Part shown: positions 1-9,229 of the stretch, piece by piece
Layout: every line of letters starts with the position of its first letter
Numbering within the stretch: the first letter of the stretch is position 1
Origin: Candidatus Gottesmanbacteria bacterium
GTDB taxonomy: Bacteria; Patescibacteriota; Microgenomatia; UBA10105; UBA927
Reading direction: 5' to 3'
DNA length: 64,000 nt
NCBI GenBank assembly: GCA_023245335.1
Contig: JAHFKK010000001.1
Coordinates: 872,019-936,018, forward strand
The notes under the pieces: generated by a model
Seen by the model: the letters and a program-made list of their open reading frames with translations, nothing else
The model's database searches: none
What the model was told of the DNA's origin: nothing
Translations under genes and position numbers: made by a program

Positions 1-1160
1 ATCTATTCAATCCGCTCATCGCACTCGGCAATATGTTCCTTATCTCTATGCTCTCACGCCGATTCGGGGCAGGGAAGTATGCCGGACTGTTGTCGGGATT
101 CCTTTTTCTTTTTGCGACCAACGGCCTTGCCTACACGCAAACCCTGACCCAGCACCAATTCACCTTGAGTCTCGTATTGCTCGCGCTGTATGCGATACTC
201 GGCAAGTCAACGTTCAAAAAAAATGTGCTCATGGGAATACTCATTGGGGTGGCGCTTATTATCGATATTCCGAATGTATTCATCCTTGCGCCATTTGTAC
301 TGTATTTGTTTTTTCAAAATCTCGTCATCAAAACCACATTGAGACGTGTGGTGGTAAAAGTTAAGTGGACACTTGTAGGCCTGGTTATCGGCACGCTCCC
401 ATTTCTTATGGTGTTTATGGGGTATAACTATCTTACGACGCACTCGCTATTCACGGTCGCGCAGTCGGTCGGATACGGAACCTATTCTGCTCCGGGAAAA
501 ACCGCCTCACCCGTTATCCCTGCCAGTATTTATGACACAAAGCTCGCCATAGACTCGCGCGCTCTTCTTCAGGGACTCTCTGTGCTTCTCATAAGTAACG
601 AGCGGAGTATTTTTTACTATAATGCCATCGTTCTTATCGGCATTCTCGGACTCGTTCTGGTCATCAAAGGCAGAAAAACCGACGAGTACCTTGCACAAAC
701 TATCCTTGGCAGCCTTATCGTGACCGTACTTCTCTATGCGATGTTTCATGACCCCTGGGGCGGATGGTCATTCGGACCCCGGTATCTTATTCCCGTAACA
801 GGATTGCTCACCGTGTTCGCGGGATCAGCACTCACGAGATACAAACGAAATTTCTTATTTATCGTGTTATTTGCTGGCATCTTCCTCTACAGTACTTCCA
901 TAAACGTGGCGGGAGTTCTGACCACCAATAATATACCGCCGAAGCAGGAAGCCGACCGGCTGCTCACGCCTATACCATATACCTACGCATATAATTTTCG
1001 CCTTATACAGGACAACACGACAAGCTCGCTTGTCTATAACGCGGTTTTCAAAAAAGCCATGAACGTACAAACGTTTTTTATCCTGTACACGAGCATCATC
1101 GTCCTTATGGGATTGACGCTTTATGCTCTCATGCTCAGGCATGATGACACAAACCTATGA
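1..1160 (+). CDS. Polytopic integral membrane protein, possibly GT-C-like glycosyltransferase. The reading frame is open to the window start, so it may be 5'-partial; the first in-frame ATG is at 33.
   Basis: 375-aa ORF made almost entirely of hydrophobic helices. No in-frame stop between nt 3 and 33. Its stop overlaps the start of the next membrane-protein gene. Confidence 0.45.
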   Translation, partial: LFNPLIALGNMFLISMLSRRFGAGKYAGLLSGFLFLFATNGLAYTQTLTQHQFTLSLVLLALYAILGKSTFKKNVLMGILIGVALIIDIPNVFILAPFVLYLFFQNLVIKTTLRRVVVKVKWTLVGLVIGTLPFLMVFMGYNYLTTHSLFTVAQSVGYGTYSAPGKTASPVIPASIYDTKLAIDSRALLQGLSVLLISNERSIFYYNAIVLIGILGLVLVIKGRKTDEYLAQTILGSLIVTVLLYAMFHDPWGGWSFGPRYLIPVTGLLTVFAGSALTRYKRNFLFIVLFAGIFLYSTSINVAGVLTTNNIPPKQEADRLLTPIPYTYAYNFRLIQDNTTSSLVYNAVFKKAMNVQTFFILYTSIIVLMGLTLYALMLRHDDTNL

Positions 1161-2785
1161 TATCGTTTGACAAAAAATATCTATCGTTCGGTATCCAGAT
1201 ACGGTCTTTCCGCCGTTTGGTACCGTTCTTTCAGTCGCTCTCTACATTCACGATTGGGGCGATACTCGTGTTGATCTCCGTGTATGAATATGTCCTGTAC
1301 ACCAAAAACGGTTTGGCCCTCGCCTATAACGATGCCCGGAGCCATTTAGATATCGGAAGGCGCGTCGTAGAAAACCTGAAACCCGGTATCGCACAGTTGG
1401 GGTCGGTCTGGCTGCCGCTCAATCATATACTCATGGTGCCAACCATATGGAACAGTTTCATGTGGCACTCTGGTCTCTCCGGAGCCATACAGTCTATGGC
1501 AGGATTCGTCGTAACTGCGCTCGTCATTTATGCCATGCTCAAAGAACTCAATGTCGGACTCTTGGGTCGACTGGTGGGGCTTGGCATATTTGTGGCAAAC
1601 ATAAATATTTTGTATCTGCAGTCAACCGCCATGACGGAGTTACTCCTCCTAGCCACCATGACGATGGGTGTCTACGAGCTTATACTCTGGCACAAATCCG
1701 ATAACATACTCAATCTCGTCAAGGCGGCATTCTGGATTATGCTCGCGACCCTTACCCGCTATGACGGGTGGTTTTTGCTCGCCTACGCGACGGGATTGGT
1801 TTTCATCCAGACATGGCGCCGTTACGACATAAAACGGACAGAGGGAGTCACAGTTCTCTTTCTCACCTTAGCTGCGTGGGGGATCGTGCTATGGTTACTT
1901 TGGAACCTGCTGATTTTTAAAGACGCATTCTATTTCGCCTTTGGCCCCTTTTCCGCCCACACGCAACAGGAGCAACTCAAAAAAGCGGGTGTATTAGTGA
2001 CACAGGGAAACTTCCTTCTCTCCCTGAAAGTCTACATGTATGCGCTATTCTATAACTCATATACCTATCCCATCATCCTTGCGATTATCGGCGCCGTCGG
2101 ACTATGGCTCGATAAAAAAATAACTCAATCTGTACGCATAGCGTCAACCGCACTTCTGGCTCCGCTATTCTTTAATGTACTCGCACTGTACTTGGGATTT
2201 TCCGTTCTATTTGTGCAGGGTATATCCGGCAACACATGGTTCAATGTGCGCTACGGCATCATGCTCATGCCGACTATCGCCGTCTTCATCGGATACCTCG
2301 TAGACCGGGCCAAGGCATACCGGCTGCTTATTATCGGCACATTGATTTTTGTTTTATTATTTGCATTCGCCAACCGGGATGCCGTGACCATCGATGACGC
2401 CCGGGTAGGGAGCAGTCAAAAAAACGTTTCTCAGGTTTCGGGATACCTCAAAACCGCAGCAGCAAACGAAAAAGGATTTATTTTGATCTCTGCCGCCTCT
2501 CACGATGCTATCATTTTCTCTTCGGGACTACCGATGAGCCGATTCATCCACGAGGGTACCGGTTCCTATTGGCGCTCGGCGACAACCAGTCCGGATCATT
2601 GGGCGAAGTGGATCGTCATGCGAACCTATGACAACAGCGACCTCACCTGGAAATCAGTGAGCAAAGTACCCGGTTTCAAATACTTCCATAAAGTAGCGAG
2701 CTATCCGTTTGCGGACGTCTATGAACTCGACGCGGCGCACACAACTCAACTCATCACGAGTCCCATTCTCGGCAAACAAAAATAA
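1157..2785 (+). CDS. Large polytopic membrane protein (GT-C/ArnT/PMT-like fold suspected), hypothetical.
   Basis: 542 aa with more than 10 predicted TM helices. It is translationally coupled to the upstream membrane protein by an ATGA overlap at 1157-1160. Confidence 0.4.
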   Translation: MISFDKKYLSFGIQIRSFRRLVPFFQSLSTFTIGAILVLISVYEYVLYTKNGLALAYNDARSHLDIGRRVVENLKPGIAQLGSVWLPLNHILMVPTIWNSFMWHSGLSGAIQSMAGFVVTALVIYAMLKELNVGLLGRLVGLGIFVANINILYLQSTAMTELLLLATMTMGVYELILWHKSDNILNLVKAAFWIMLATLTRYDGWFLLAYATGLVFIQTWRRYDIKRTEGVTVLFLTLAAWGIVLWLLWNLLIFKDAFYFAFGPFSAHTQQEQLKKAGVLVTQGNFLLSLKVYMYALFYNSYTYPIILAIIGAVGLWLDKKITQSVRIASTALLAPLFFNVLALYLGFSVLFVQGISGNTWFNVRYGIMLMPTIAVFIGYLVDRAKAYRLLIIGTLIFVLLFAFANRDAVTIDDARVGSSQKNVSQVSGYLKTAAANEKGFILISAASHDAIIFSSGLPMSRFIHEGTGSYWRSATTSPDHWAKWIVMRTYDNSDLTWKSVSKVPGFKYFHKVASYPFADVYELDAAHTTQLITSPILGKQK

Positions 2786-2845
2786 GTACTACCTTTATAG
2801 GGCGGTACTCATGAGAAAAACAAACAATTTGTTATAATTACCATA

Positions 2846-4099
2846 ATGCTCCGCTCCTTTGCCATCAGCTTTATTGTCATCCTGACATCTATATTTCTCA
2901 TCCGATATTTCGTCTATAGTAACCGGTCACAGACGGCAAACGTGCAGCAAGTCTGGTGGCAGGTGCAATCTATCGACACGATGAAGTATTCACGCGATCT
3001 TTCCCGCCAGATGCTAAACGATCCTGCGTTTGATACGACGATAGATATGCAGGTCGGCAATATCGCGAAAACCGGCGCGACGCATGTGGCCATAGCTACC
3101 CCGTATGACGAAGAATTCATTCCCATTCTGTCGCGGTGGGTAGCCGCTTCCCGCCGCTACAATCTGCACGTCTGGTTCCGCGGCAACTTCTCCGGCTGGG
3201 AACAATGGTTCGGGTATCCCAAAATATCAGGCGATGAACACGTACAAAAAACAGATGACTTTATTCGCAACCACCCGGACTTGTTTGTGGATGGCGACAT
3301 ATTCACACCCTGTCCGGAGTGCGAAAACGGCGGTCCCGGGGACCCGCGGCAGACGGGAGATGTCGCAGGTTTCCGACGGTTTCTGATACATGAACACCAA
3401 GTGGCCGCAAACGATTTCGTCAGCATTCACAAAAATGTTTCCACGTCATATAACTCAATGAACTATGACATAGCAACCCTCGTCATGGACCCCGCTACCA
3501 CGCGGGCGGTGGGAGGCGTTGTCGCCATAGATCATTATGTGGAAACACCCATTGATCTCGTCACCAATATACAAGCCCTCGCCACCCGTTCAAACGGCAA
3601 AATATTTTTGGGAGAATTCGGCGTACCGATACCGGACATAAACGGCACAATGAATGACGACCAGCAGGCGACATGGATCGATGACGCGTTAAACAAGTTG
3701 AGCCTGATGCCCATAGTCATCGGCGTCAATTACTGGGTCAATGTCGGAGGTTCTACTCAAATGTGGTCTGATAACGGAACAGCAAAACCTGCAGTCGGCG
3801 TCATCACGCAATATTACACACCCAAAATACTTCACGGCAGCGTATATGATCAATATAATAGCCCCATAGCAAATGTAGAAGTGTCTACGTCGTATAAAAC
3901 TGCAAAGACCGACGCATACGGACAATTCATTCTCCCCATACTACCATCGGACAAGACCGTTTTCGTACATACCAGTAAATATGATGATACAGAGACCCAA
4001 ATATCCAGCGATGATACGAATATACATATAATTATAACGAAAATACCTAAATCATTTTTTGATGCGATTTTAGGCTATATTAACGGCTTTCTTCACTAA
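2846..4099 (+). CDS. Membrane-anchored putative glycoside hydrolase (TIM-barrel clan GH-A-like) with a C-terminal beta-sandwich domain.
   Basis: N-terminal TM helix. Motifs such as CPECENGG and LGEFGVP resemble GH-A acid/base and nucleophile glutamate contexts. The C-terminal roughly 90 aa resemble a carboxypeptidase-regulatory/Cna-B-like fold. The family call is tentative. Confidence 0.35.
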   Translation: MLRSFAISFIVILTSIFLIRYFVYSNRSQTANVQQVWWQVQSIDTMKYSRDLSRQMLNDPAFDTTIDMQVGNIAKTGATHVAIATPYDEEFIPILSRWVAASRRYNLHVWFRGNFSGWEQWFGYPKISGDEHVQKTDDFIRNHPDLFVDGDIFTPCPECENGGPGDPRQTGDVAGFRRFLIHEHQVAANDFVSIHKNVSTSYNSMNYDIATLVMDPATTRAVGGVVAIDHYVETPIDLVTNIQALATRSNGKIFLGEFGVPIPDINGTMNDDQQATWIDDALNKLSLMPIVIGVNYWVNVGGSTQMWSDNGTAKPAVGVITQYYTPKILHGSVYDQYNSPIANVEVSTSYKTAKTDAYGQFILPILPSDKTVFVHTSKYDDTETQISSDDTNIHIIITKIPKSFFDAILGYINGFLH

Positions 4100-4180
4100 T
4101 TCCTCGAAATTTGTCCCACTTGCCATTGTATGATACAATACAGCCTATAATTTACGCACATAGTCAGGTGCGGCACTTAT

Positions 4181-4822
4181 ATGAATCGAATAGGCTGGAA
4201 AATCCTTACATTGCTTAGCTTAGCGGTGCTTATCACAAAACCCGTCTATGCCGTTGACGCGCCCAATTTCCCGTCCTGCTCGTCTCCACAAGGCCAGGTC
4301 ATAGCCTCCTATAACAACGGCACACACGGCATTCCCGGACAGGAAGGCACATTCACCGGCAGTGACACTGTGTATACGCTCAACTCCGATACTGTCATGC
4401 AATGCTTCTGCTCTGATGGAGGACAGGGTATGCAGACCAACTGGTGGAAAGCCAGCGCCCTGACACAGGATCAGATCTCCATACTGGAATCACAGGGTTG
4501 GTATTACATACCGGACGGCAGTCTCTGGGGATTGAATTCCGACCCGTATATTACCCAAAACATGCCTTTCAACTGTAAACCCGGGAGTCCTCAAAGTACG
4601 AACGGCGGGGGTGGCTCAAACCAGGGCGATGGCAGATCAGACGGTAGATCAAGCTGCCCGGAATGTACGGCAGCTCCCCAAATTTTATCTGCCCAAACCG
4701 GTCAGATACTGGGACTTGCCGACACTGGAGATATTTGGATTCTCTATTGCGTCTTTGGCCTTGCCATTGTTCTTCTGGGACTCGGATCCCGCATGCTTCG
4801 ACATTCAAACAAGAGATTATGA
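4181..4822 (+). CDS. Secreted cell-wall-anchored surface protein (sortase substrate; LADTG sorting signal).
   Basis: N-terminal signal peptide (MNRIGWKILTLLSLAVLITKPVYA). C-terminal LADTG, then a hydrophobic stretch, then RMLRHSNKRL (a positively charged tail). This is the classic cell-wall sorting signal architecture. Confidence 0.7.
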   Translation: MNRIGWKILTLLSLAVLITKPVYAVDAPNFPSCSSPQGQVIASYNNGTHGIPGQEGTFTGSDTVYTLNSDTVMQCFCSDGGQGMQTNWWKASALTQDQISILESQGWYYIPDGSLWGLNSDPYITQNMPFNCKPGSPQSTNGGGGSNQGDGRSDGRSSCPECTAAPQILSAQTGQILGLADTGDIWILYCVFGLAIVLLGLGSRMLRHSNKRL

Positions 4823-5379
4823 AACTTTTGCTCGCCAAATGTTTCGTAGGAATTTCCTGCATGCTCTTTATTGTGGGCGCGTACCTTATCTGGGAACGCA
4901 CCAATCCGGATCGACTTACCCTCATTCCGTATACAGCACCCGCACGTTTAGCGGGCCAGCCGGATACACTGACGATACCCGCCGCACATATTTCGCTACC
5001 CATCTACCCGGCACACCTCATCGGCACACATTGGGACCAGACAACCCGGGGTGTATCGTACCTTGTTTCTTCACCGCTCCCAGGAACACAGGGCAACAGC
5101 GTCGTATATGGCCATAACTGGACAAATCTCTTAGGGCCACTCAACAAGGTTAAACCGGGAGACGCGCTCTTCGTGAAGTACGGAACCAACTCAATGAAAT
5201 TCACCGTACAATTTGTCGGTATTGTGGCCGCCAATACCATGTCTATAATTGCTCCCACAACGGATACGAGGGTTACTCTATATACCTGTACCGGGTTTTT
5301 GGATTCCCAGCGGATTGTCGTCACCGCGATCAGGGACACACCGACGACTAGTGCCCAAAGCGCTTATTCTTCTGTATAA
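4819..5379 (+). CDS. Sortase (class E-like transpeptidase).
   Basis: N-terminal TM anchor. Catalytic His in VVYGHNW, the TLYTCTG (TLxTC) cysteine motif, and a downstream Arg (QRIVV). The start ATG overlaps the substrate gene's TGA (ATGA at 4819-4822). Confidence 0.8.
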   Translation: MKLLLAKCFVGISCMLFIVGAYLIWERTNPDRLTLIPYTAPARLAGQPDTLTIPAAHISLPIYPAHLIGTHWDQTTRGVSYLVSSPLPGTQGNSVVYGHNWTNLLGPLNKVKPGDALFVKYGTNSMKFTVQFVGIVAANTMSIIAPTTDTRVTLYTCTGFLDSQRIVVTAIRDTPTTSAQSAYSSV

Positions 5380-5388
5380 TCTTCGTAA

Positions 5389-5913
5389 ATGGGTATCATT
5401 GTATTTATCGCATTCACCATACTCCAGCTAGCTTTTGCCGCATTCATCCTATTCCTCTGTCTCGCCTTTGTGACGGGCGGACCGTTTGTCCCATCCACAA
5501 ATACCGCAGTAGAGGCGATGATAAAAGCCGCGCATATACATCCCGGTATGACCGTCTATGACGTGGGGTCCGGCGACGGAAGGGTGCTCTTTGCTGCAGC
5601 CCGGGAAGGAGCCAATGCCGTCGGCATAGAGATTAACCCCTATCTTGTGTGGTATACGCGTATCCGGGCCTTCTTTTCGCCTTACAGAGGCCGTATTAGG
5701 GTCGTTTGGGGTGACCTTTGGCGGACAGACCTCAAGCGGGCCGACCTCGTGTTTGTCTACCTCATTCCCTGGCGGATGGGGGACTTCGCCGCCAAGCTGA
5801 CCAGAGAACTTCCCAAAGGCGCCGCGGTCGTCTCCAACAGCTTTATTTTCCCAAACTGGAAAGCTATACACAAGGATCCCAGGCACCATATCTACACATT
5901 TCGCGTCTCCTGA
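5389..5913 (+). CDS. Small membrane-anchored class I SAM-dependent methyltransferase.
   Basis: N-terminal TM helix followed by the SAM-binding motif VYDVGSGDGRVL and an acidic loop (GIEINP) typical of Rossmann-fold methyltransferases. Confidence 0.55.
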   Translation: MGIIVFIAFTILQLAFAAFILFLCLAFVTGGPFVPSTNTAVEAMIKAAHIHPGMTVYDVGSGDGRVLFAAAREGANAVGIEINPYLVWYTRIRAFFSPYRGRIRVVWGDLWRTDLKRADLVFVYLIPWRMGDFAAKLTRELPKGAAVVSNSFIFPNWKAIHKDPRHHIYTFRVS

Positions 5914-5930
5914 TACCAGGAATACATAGC

Positions 5931-5958
5931 TTGACAAAGCACCTGGTCTCGGTACAAT
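5931..5958 (+). promoter_or_regulatory. Sigma70-like promoter for thrS (TTGACA, 16 nt, TACAAT).
   Basis: Perfect -35 TTGACA at 5931-5936 and -10 TACAAT at 5953-5958, about 150 nt upstream of the thrS ATG. Confidence 0.5.
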
Positions 5959-6034
5959 ACAATTACTTCCCGTTTGCATGAGATCTAACCAACCTCAAAG
6001 AGAAGCGCGACTTCCCGCGTAAAGGAAGAAATTG

Positions 6035-6094
6035 AGTCACCAGTTGGATGGAACCTTCCGGGAAACCGGGATCCAACAGAAGGTGACTTTTTTG
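6035..6094 (+). terminator. Intrinsic terminator-like hairpin inside the thrS 5' leader (candidate attenuator).
   Basis: 7-bp stem AGTCACC (6035-6041) paired with GGTGACT (6082-6088), followed by six T residues. It sits immediately before the GGGAGG Shine-Dalgarno and the ATG at 6108. Confidence 0.5.
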
Positions 6095-6107
6095 ATGGGA
6101 GGAAACT

Positions 6108-7931
6108 ATGTCACAAATCTTGAATGAAAAATTGGGAAAGCTCACGAAAGACGAACAGCATCTCTGGGCGCTTCGCCATACTGCCGAGCACATACTGCAT
6201 CAGGCGGTAAAGGATTTGTATCCGTCCATACTTCTTGCCATGGGCCCGGCGACGGATGAAGGATTTTATTTTGACTTCGATCACTCGCCAAAAGGAAAAA
6301 CGCCGGTTAAGATTTCCGACGAGGATTTACCGAGAATCGAGAAACGGATGCAGGAAATAATCGACGCCAACCTTCCGATGATACGGGAGGAAGTAGCCCC
6401 AGACGAAGCGGCCAAACTCTTTGCGGGCAACCCGTACAAAATGGAATGGATAGATGAAATCAAAAAGCGCGGAGAAAAAGTGACGATATACTGGACGGGT
6501 GAACCACATCAGCCCGGCTCCATGGTAGACCTCTGCGGCGGACCGCATGTCAAATCCACAGGGGAAGTGAGGGCGTTTAAGCTACTTTCGGTAGCCGGTG
6601 CATACTGGCATGGGAGTGAGAAAAACAAAATGCTCACGAGAATTTATGGGACGTGCTTTCCTTCTAAAAAAGAACTCGATGAACATCTTCATAATCTCGA
6701 AGAAGCCAAAAAAAGAGATCACCGCAAACTCGGTAAGGAACTGGGACTCTTCGTCTTCTCCGACCTGGTCGGTGCAGGACTGCCGCTCCTCACGCCGAAA
6801 GGCGCTACCATCCGACGGATACTCGAACGGTTCATCGTCGACGAGGAACTGCGTCGCGGATACCAGCACGTCGTCACCCCGCCGCTTGCGAAAGTAGATC
6901 TCTACCGTACCAGCGGGCACTACCCGTACTACAAAGACACGATGTATCCGCCGATGAAAGTCGACGATGACGAACTCATATTGCGTCCGATGACCTGTCC
7001 GCATCATTTCATGCTGTACAAATCACAGTCCAGGAGTTACCGGGATCTGCCGGTACGCTTCGCCGAGATTTCCCCGCAGTTCCGGTATGAAAAAAGCGGC
7101 GAACTCACGGGGCTTATGCGGGTCCGGATGTTTACGCTGACCGACGCGCACATCATAACACCGCCGAAAAAAGCCAAAGCTGAAGTTCTTGCCGTTTTGG
7201 ACCTCATTGACTACATAAACAAGTGTTTTGGGTTGGTCAAAGGCACGGATTACCGCTATCGGCTTTCTTTGGGGGATCGCAAGGACAACAAAAAATATTA
7301 CAAGGATGACGCTGCATGGGATAAAGCAGAGTCGGTACTTCGCGAGGTACTTGTCGAATCCAACGCGCCGTTTTTTGAAGCGCCCAACGAAGCGGCTTTT
7401 TATGGCCCCAAGATCGACGTCCAGATGAAAAACGTCTCGGGCAAAGAAGAAACCGCATTTACCGTACAGTATGACTTTGTCATGCCGAAACGGTTCGACC
7501 TCACCTATATCGACTCGGACGGCAAGGAAAAACAGCCGGTCGTCGTTCACCGGGCCAGTATGGGAGCTCTGGAGCGGACGATGGCGTTTCTCATCGAGCA
7601 CTATGCCGGGGCATTTCCGTTGTGGCTCGCGCCTATCCAAGCCGTCGTCATACCGATTGCTGAGCGTCATAACGATGGCGCTCAAATGATCGTTGATGCA
7701 TTGAAAGCCGCCGGCATCCGGGTCGAATCCGATACGCGGAGCGAACCTATGCAGGCTAAAGTACGAGATCATACGTTGCAAAAGGTGCCGTATTTGGCTA
7801 TAATCGGTGATAGAGAAATCGAAAACAAAACGGTTTCCGTTCGGAAACGGGGGATGAGGGAACTTCAAGCGCTTGCGCTTAGTGACTTCATCGCCCAATT
7901 AGTACACGAGATTGAACAGAAAACCAATTAA
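6108..7931 (+). CDS. thrS: Threonyl-tRNA synthetase (class II), lacking the N-terminal TGS domain.
   Basis: N-terminal HTAEHILH (HxxxH editing-domain zinc motif). Class II core motifs (FRYEKSGELTGLMRVRMFTLTDAH). C-terminal anticodon-binding domain. Followed by infC-rpmI-rplT-pheST as in many bacteria. Confidence 0.85.
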   Translation: MSQILNEKLGKLTKDEQHLWALRHTAEHILHQAVKDLYPSILLAMGPATDEGFYFDFDHSPKGKTPVKISDEDLPRIEKRMQEIIDANLPMIREEVAPDEAAKLFAGNPYKMEWIDEIKKRGEKVTIYWTGEPHQPGSMVDLCGGPHVKSTGEVRAFKLLSVAGAYWHGSEKNKMLTRIYGTCFPSKKELDEHLHNLEEAKKRDHRKLGKELGLFVFSDLVGAGLPLLTPKGATIRRILERFIVDEELRRGYQHVVTPPLAKVDLYRTSGHYPYYKDTMYPPMKVDDDELILRPMTCPHHFMLYKSQSRSYRDLPVRFAEISPQFRYEKSGELTGLMRVRMFTLTDAHIITPPKKAKAEVLAVLDLIDYINKCFGLVKGTDYRYRLSLGDRKDNKKYYKDDAAWDKAESVLREVLVESNAPFFEAPNEAAFYGPKIDVQMKNVSGKEETAFTVQYDFVMPKRFDLTYIDSDGKEKQPVVVHRASMGALERTMAFLIEHYAGAFPLWLAPIQAVVIPIAERHNDGAQMIVDALKAAGIRVESDTRSEPMQAKVRDHTLQKVPYLAIIGDREIENKTVSVRKRGMRELQALALSDFIAQLVHEIEQKTN

Positions 7932-8469
7932 GTTTTACAGGATCAATTACCAAATCCAAAGCCCGCAAATACGGCTTTTGGATGAAAAGGGCAATCAGAT
8001 CGGCATTGTCTCCAAAATAGAGGCATTGCAAAAGGCGAAGGAATTGAGTTTGGACGTAGTCGAGATCGCAGGAAACGCCAAACCTCCGGTTGCGAAGCTT
8101 ATCGATTTCAAGAAGTTCAAGTACCAGGAATCCAAAAAAGAGCGTGAGAGCCGCAAAAACGTTAAAAACGTCGGCGTCAAAGAAATACGATTGCGTCCGT
8201 TTATCGAACAGCATGACTTTGACACCCGCTTGAAGCGCGCGCAGGAGTTTATTGACGACGGCAACCAGGTCAAAGTGACCGTTTTGTTTAAAGGCAGGGA
8301 ACTCGGAAGAAAGCAGTTCGGATTTGAAGTCATGAACCGCTTTATCGCTTCCGTAACGGGTGCGAAGACGGTACGGGATCCGCGCATGGAAGGGCGAGTA
8401 CTTGCTTCCATGGTGGTTCCGGATAAAAAGGGAGATACGAAAGAAAAAGCCGAAATAATCGAAAAATAA
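7912..8469 (+). CDS. infC: Translation initiation factor IF-3.
   Basis: INYQIQSPQIRLLDEKGNQIGIVS and the C-terminal domain match IF3. The ORF begins with TTG at 7912 and overlaps the thrS stop; an in-frame ATT at about 7927 is an alternative start. The true start is uncertain. Confidence 0.8.
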   Translation: MNRKPIKFYRINYQIQSPQIRLLDEKGNQIGIVSKIEALQKAKELSLDVVEIAGNAKPPVAKLIDFKKFKYQESKKERESRKNVKNVGVKEIRLRPFIEQHDFDTRLKRAQEFIDDGNQVKVTVLFKGRELGRKQFGFEVMNRFIASVTGAKTVRDPRMEGRVLASMVVPDKKGDTKEKAEIIEK

Positions 8470-8474
8470 CGCAT

Positions 8475-8672
8475 ATGCCAAAACTGAAAACCAAAAAAAT
8501 AGCGGCGAAGCGATACAAAGTAACCGCGACAGGCAAACTGGTACATCGGGTACAGGGAGCACGCCACCTGCGGCGCCGCAAAGACAAACGCCGGCAACGC
8601 CGGCAGGACCGGGAAATAGTACTAAGTAAGAGCATGGCCAAACACGTTCAACGATATTTACCGTATCGGTAA
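8475..8672 (+). CDS. rpmI: 50S ribosomal protein L35.
   Basis: MPKLKTKKIAAKRYKVTATGKLV is a typical L35 N-terminus. Position between infC and rplT. Confidence 0.85.
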   Translation: MPKLKTKKIAAKRYKVTATGKLVHRVQGARHLRRRKDKRRQRRQDREIVLSKSMAKHVQRYLPYR

Positions 8673-8682
8673 GGAGGATCTT

Positions 8683-9033
8683 ATGAGAGTCAAACGGGGC
8701 ACCACATCACGAGCGAAACACAATAAATTATTCCAGGCGAACAAAGGATATCGCATGACCAAGCGCCGGCTTACTTCCGTCGCGACAGAAGCATACCTGC
8801 ATGCCGGAGAATACGCATTTGCAGGACGCAAGAACCGCAAACGCGACTTCCGCGAACTTTGGATTACCAGAATTTCCGAAGCGGTCAAGCTTCGGGGCCT
8901 CTCCTACAGTTCATTTGTACACAAACTCAAAGAAGCCAATATTGAGCTTGATCGGAAAACACTTGCAAATCTTGTCGTCGACGATCCGGATGTATTCGAT
9001 TCCATTCTTGACGAAATAAAATCCGTCAATTAA
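8683..9033 (+). CDS. rplT: 50S ribosomal protein L20.
   Basis: MRVKRGTTSRAKHNKLFQANKGY is a canonical L20 start. GGAGG Shine-Dalgarno upstream. Confidence 0.9.
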   Translation: MRVKRGTTSRAKHNKLFQANKGYRMTKRRLTSVATEAYLHAGEYAFAGRKNRKRDFRELWITRISEAVKLRGLSYSSFVHKLKEANIELDRKTLANLVVDDPDVFDSILDEIKSVN

Positions 9034-9134
9034 GATATTCTGTACATGCAAACCCAAAGATTTTTCTTTTGTTTCTTTACCTCGCACAAGCGGGGTTCTT
9101 TGGGTGAGTAAAAAGAAACAACATAATCCCAAGG

Positions 9135-9157
9135 ATCCCGCGAAAGCGGGATTTTTT
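9135..9157 (+). terminator. Rho-independent terminator after rplT.
   Basis: ATCCCGC-GAAA-GCGGGAT stem-loop followed by TTTTTT. Confidence 0.6.
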
Positions 9158-9229
9158 GTGGTTGAGGAGCAGTACATCTCCTTTTCCTGAAATCCCGCAG
9201 AACGGATTCCGGAAAGGAGGTGATTAGTC

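Noticed and set aside
4611-5117. Overlapping ORFs at 4611-5117 (plus strand), 4569-5003 (minus strand) and similar antisense or alternate-frame ORFs throughout (for example 1447-1704, 6582-7007, 7023-7898, 10153-10887, 48067-48738, 48888-49707).
   Set aside because: They lie inside or antisense to genes with strong homology-supported reading frames. No independent start or Shine-Dalgarno or domain evidence.
5931-6107. T-box riboswitch upstream of thrS, and upstream of pheS at 9040-9582.
   Set aside because: The conserved T-box sequence (AATTAGGGTGGNACCGCG) and specifier-loop features were not found. Only a generic terminator hairpin is present.
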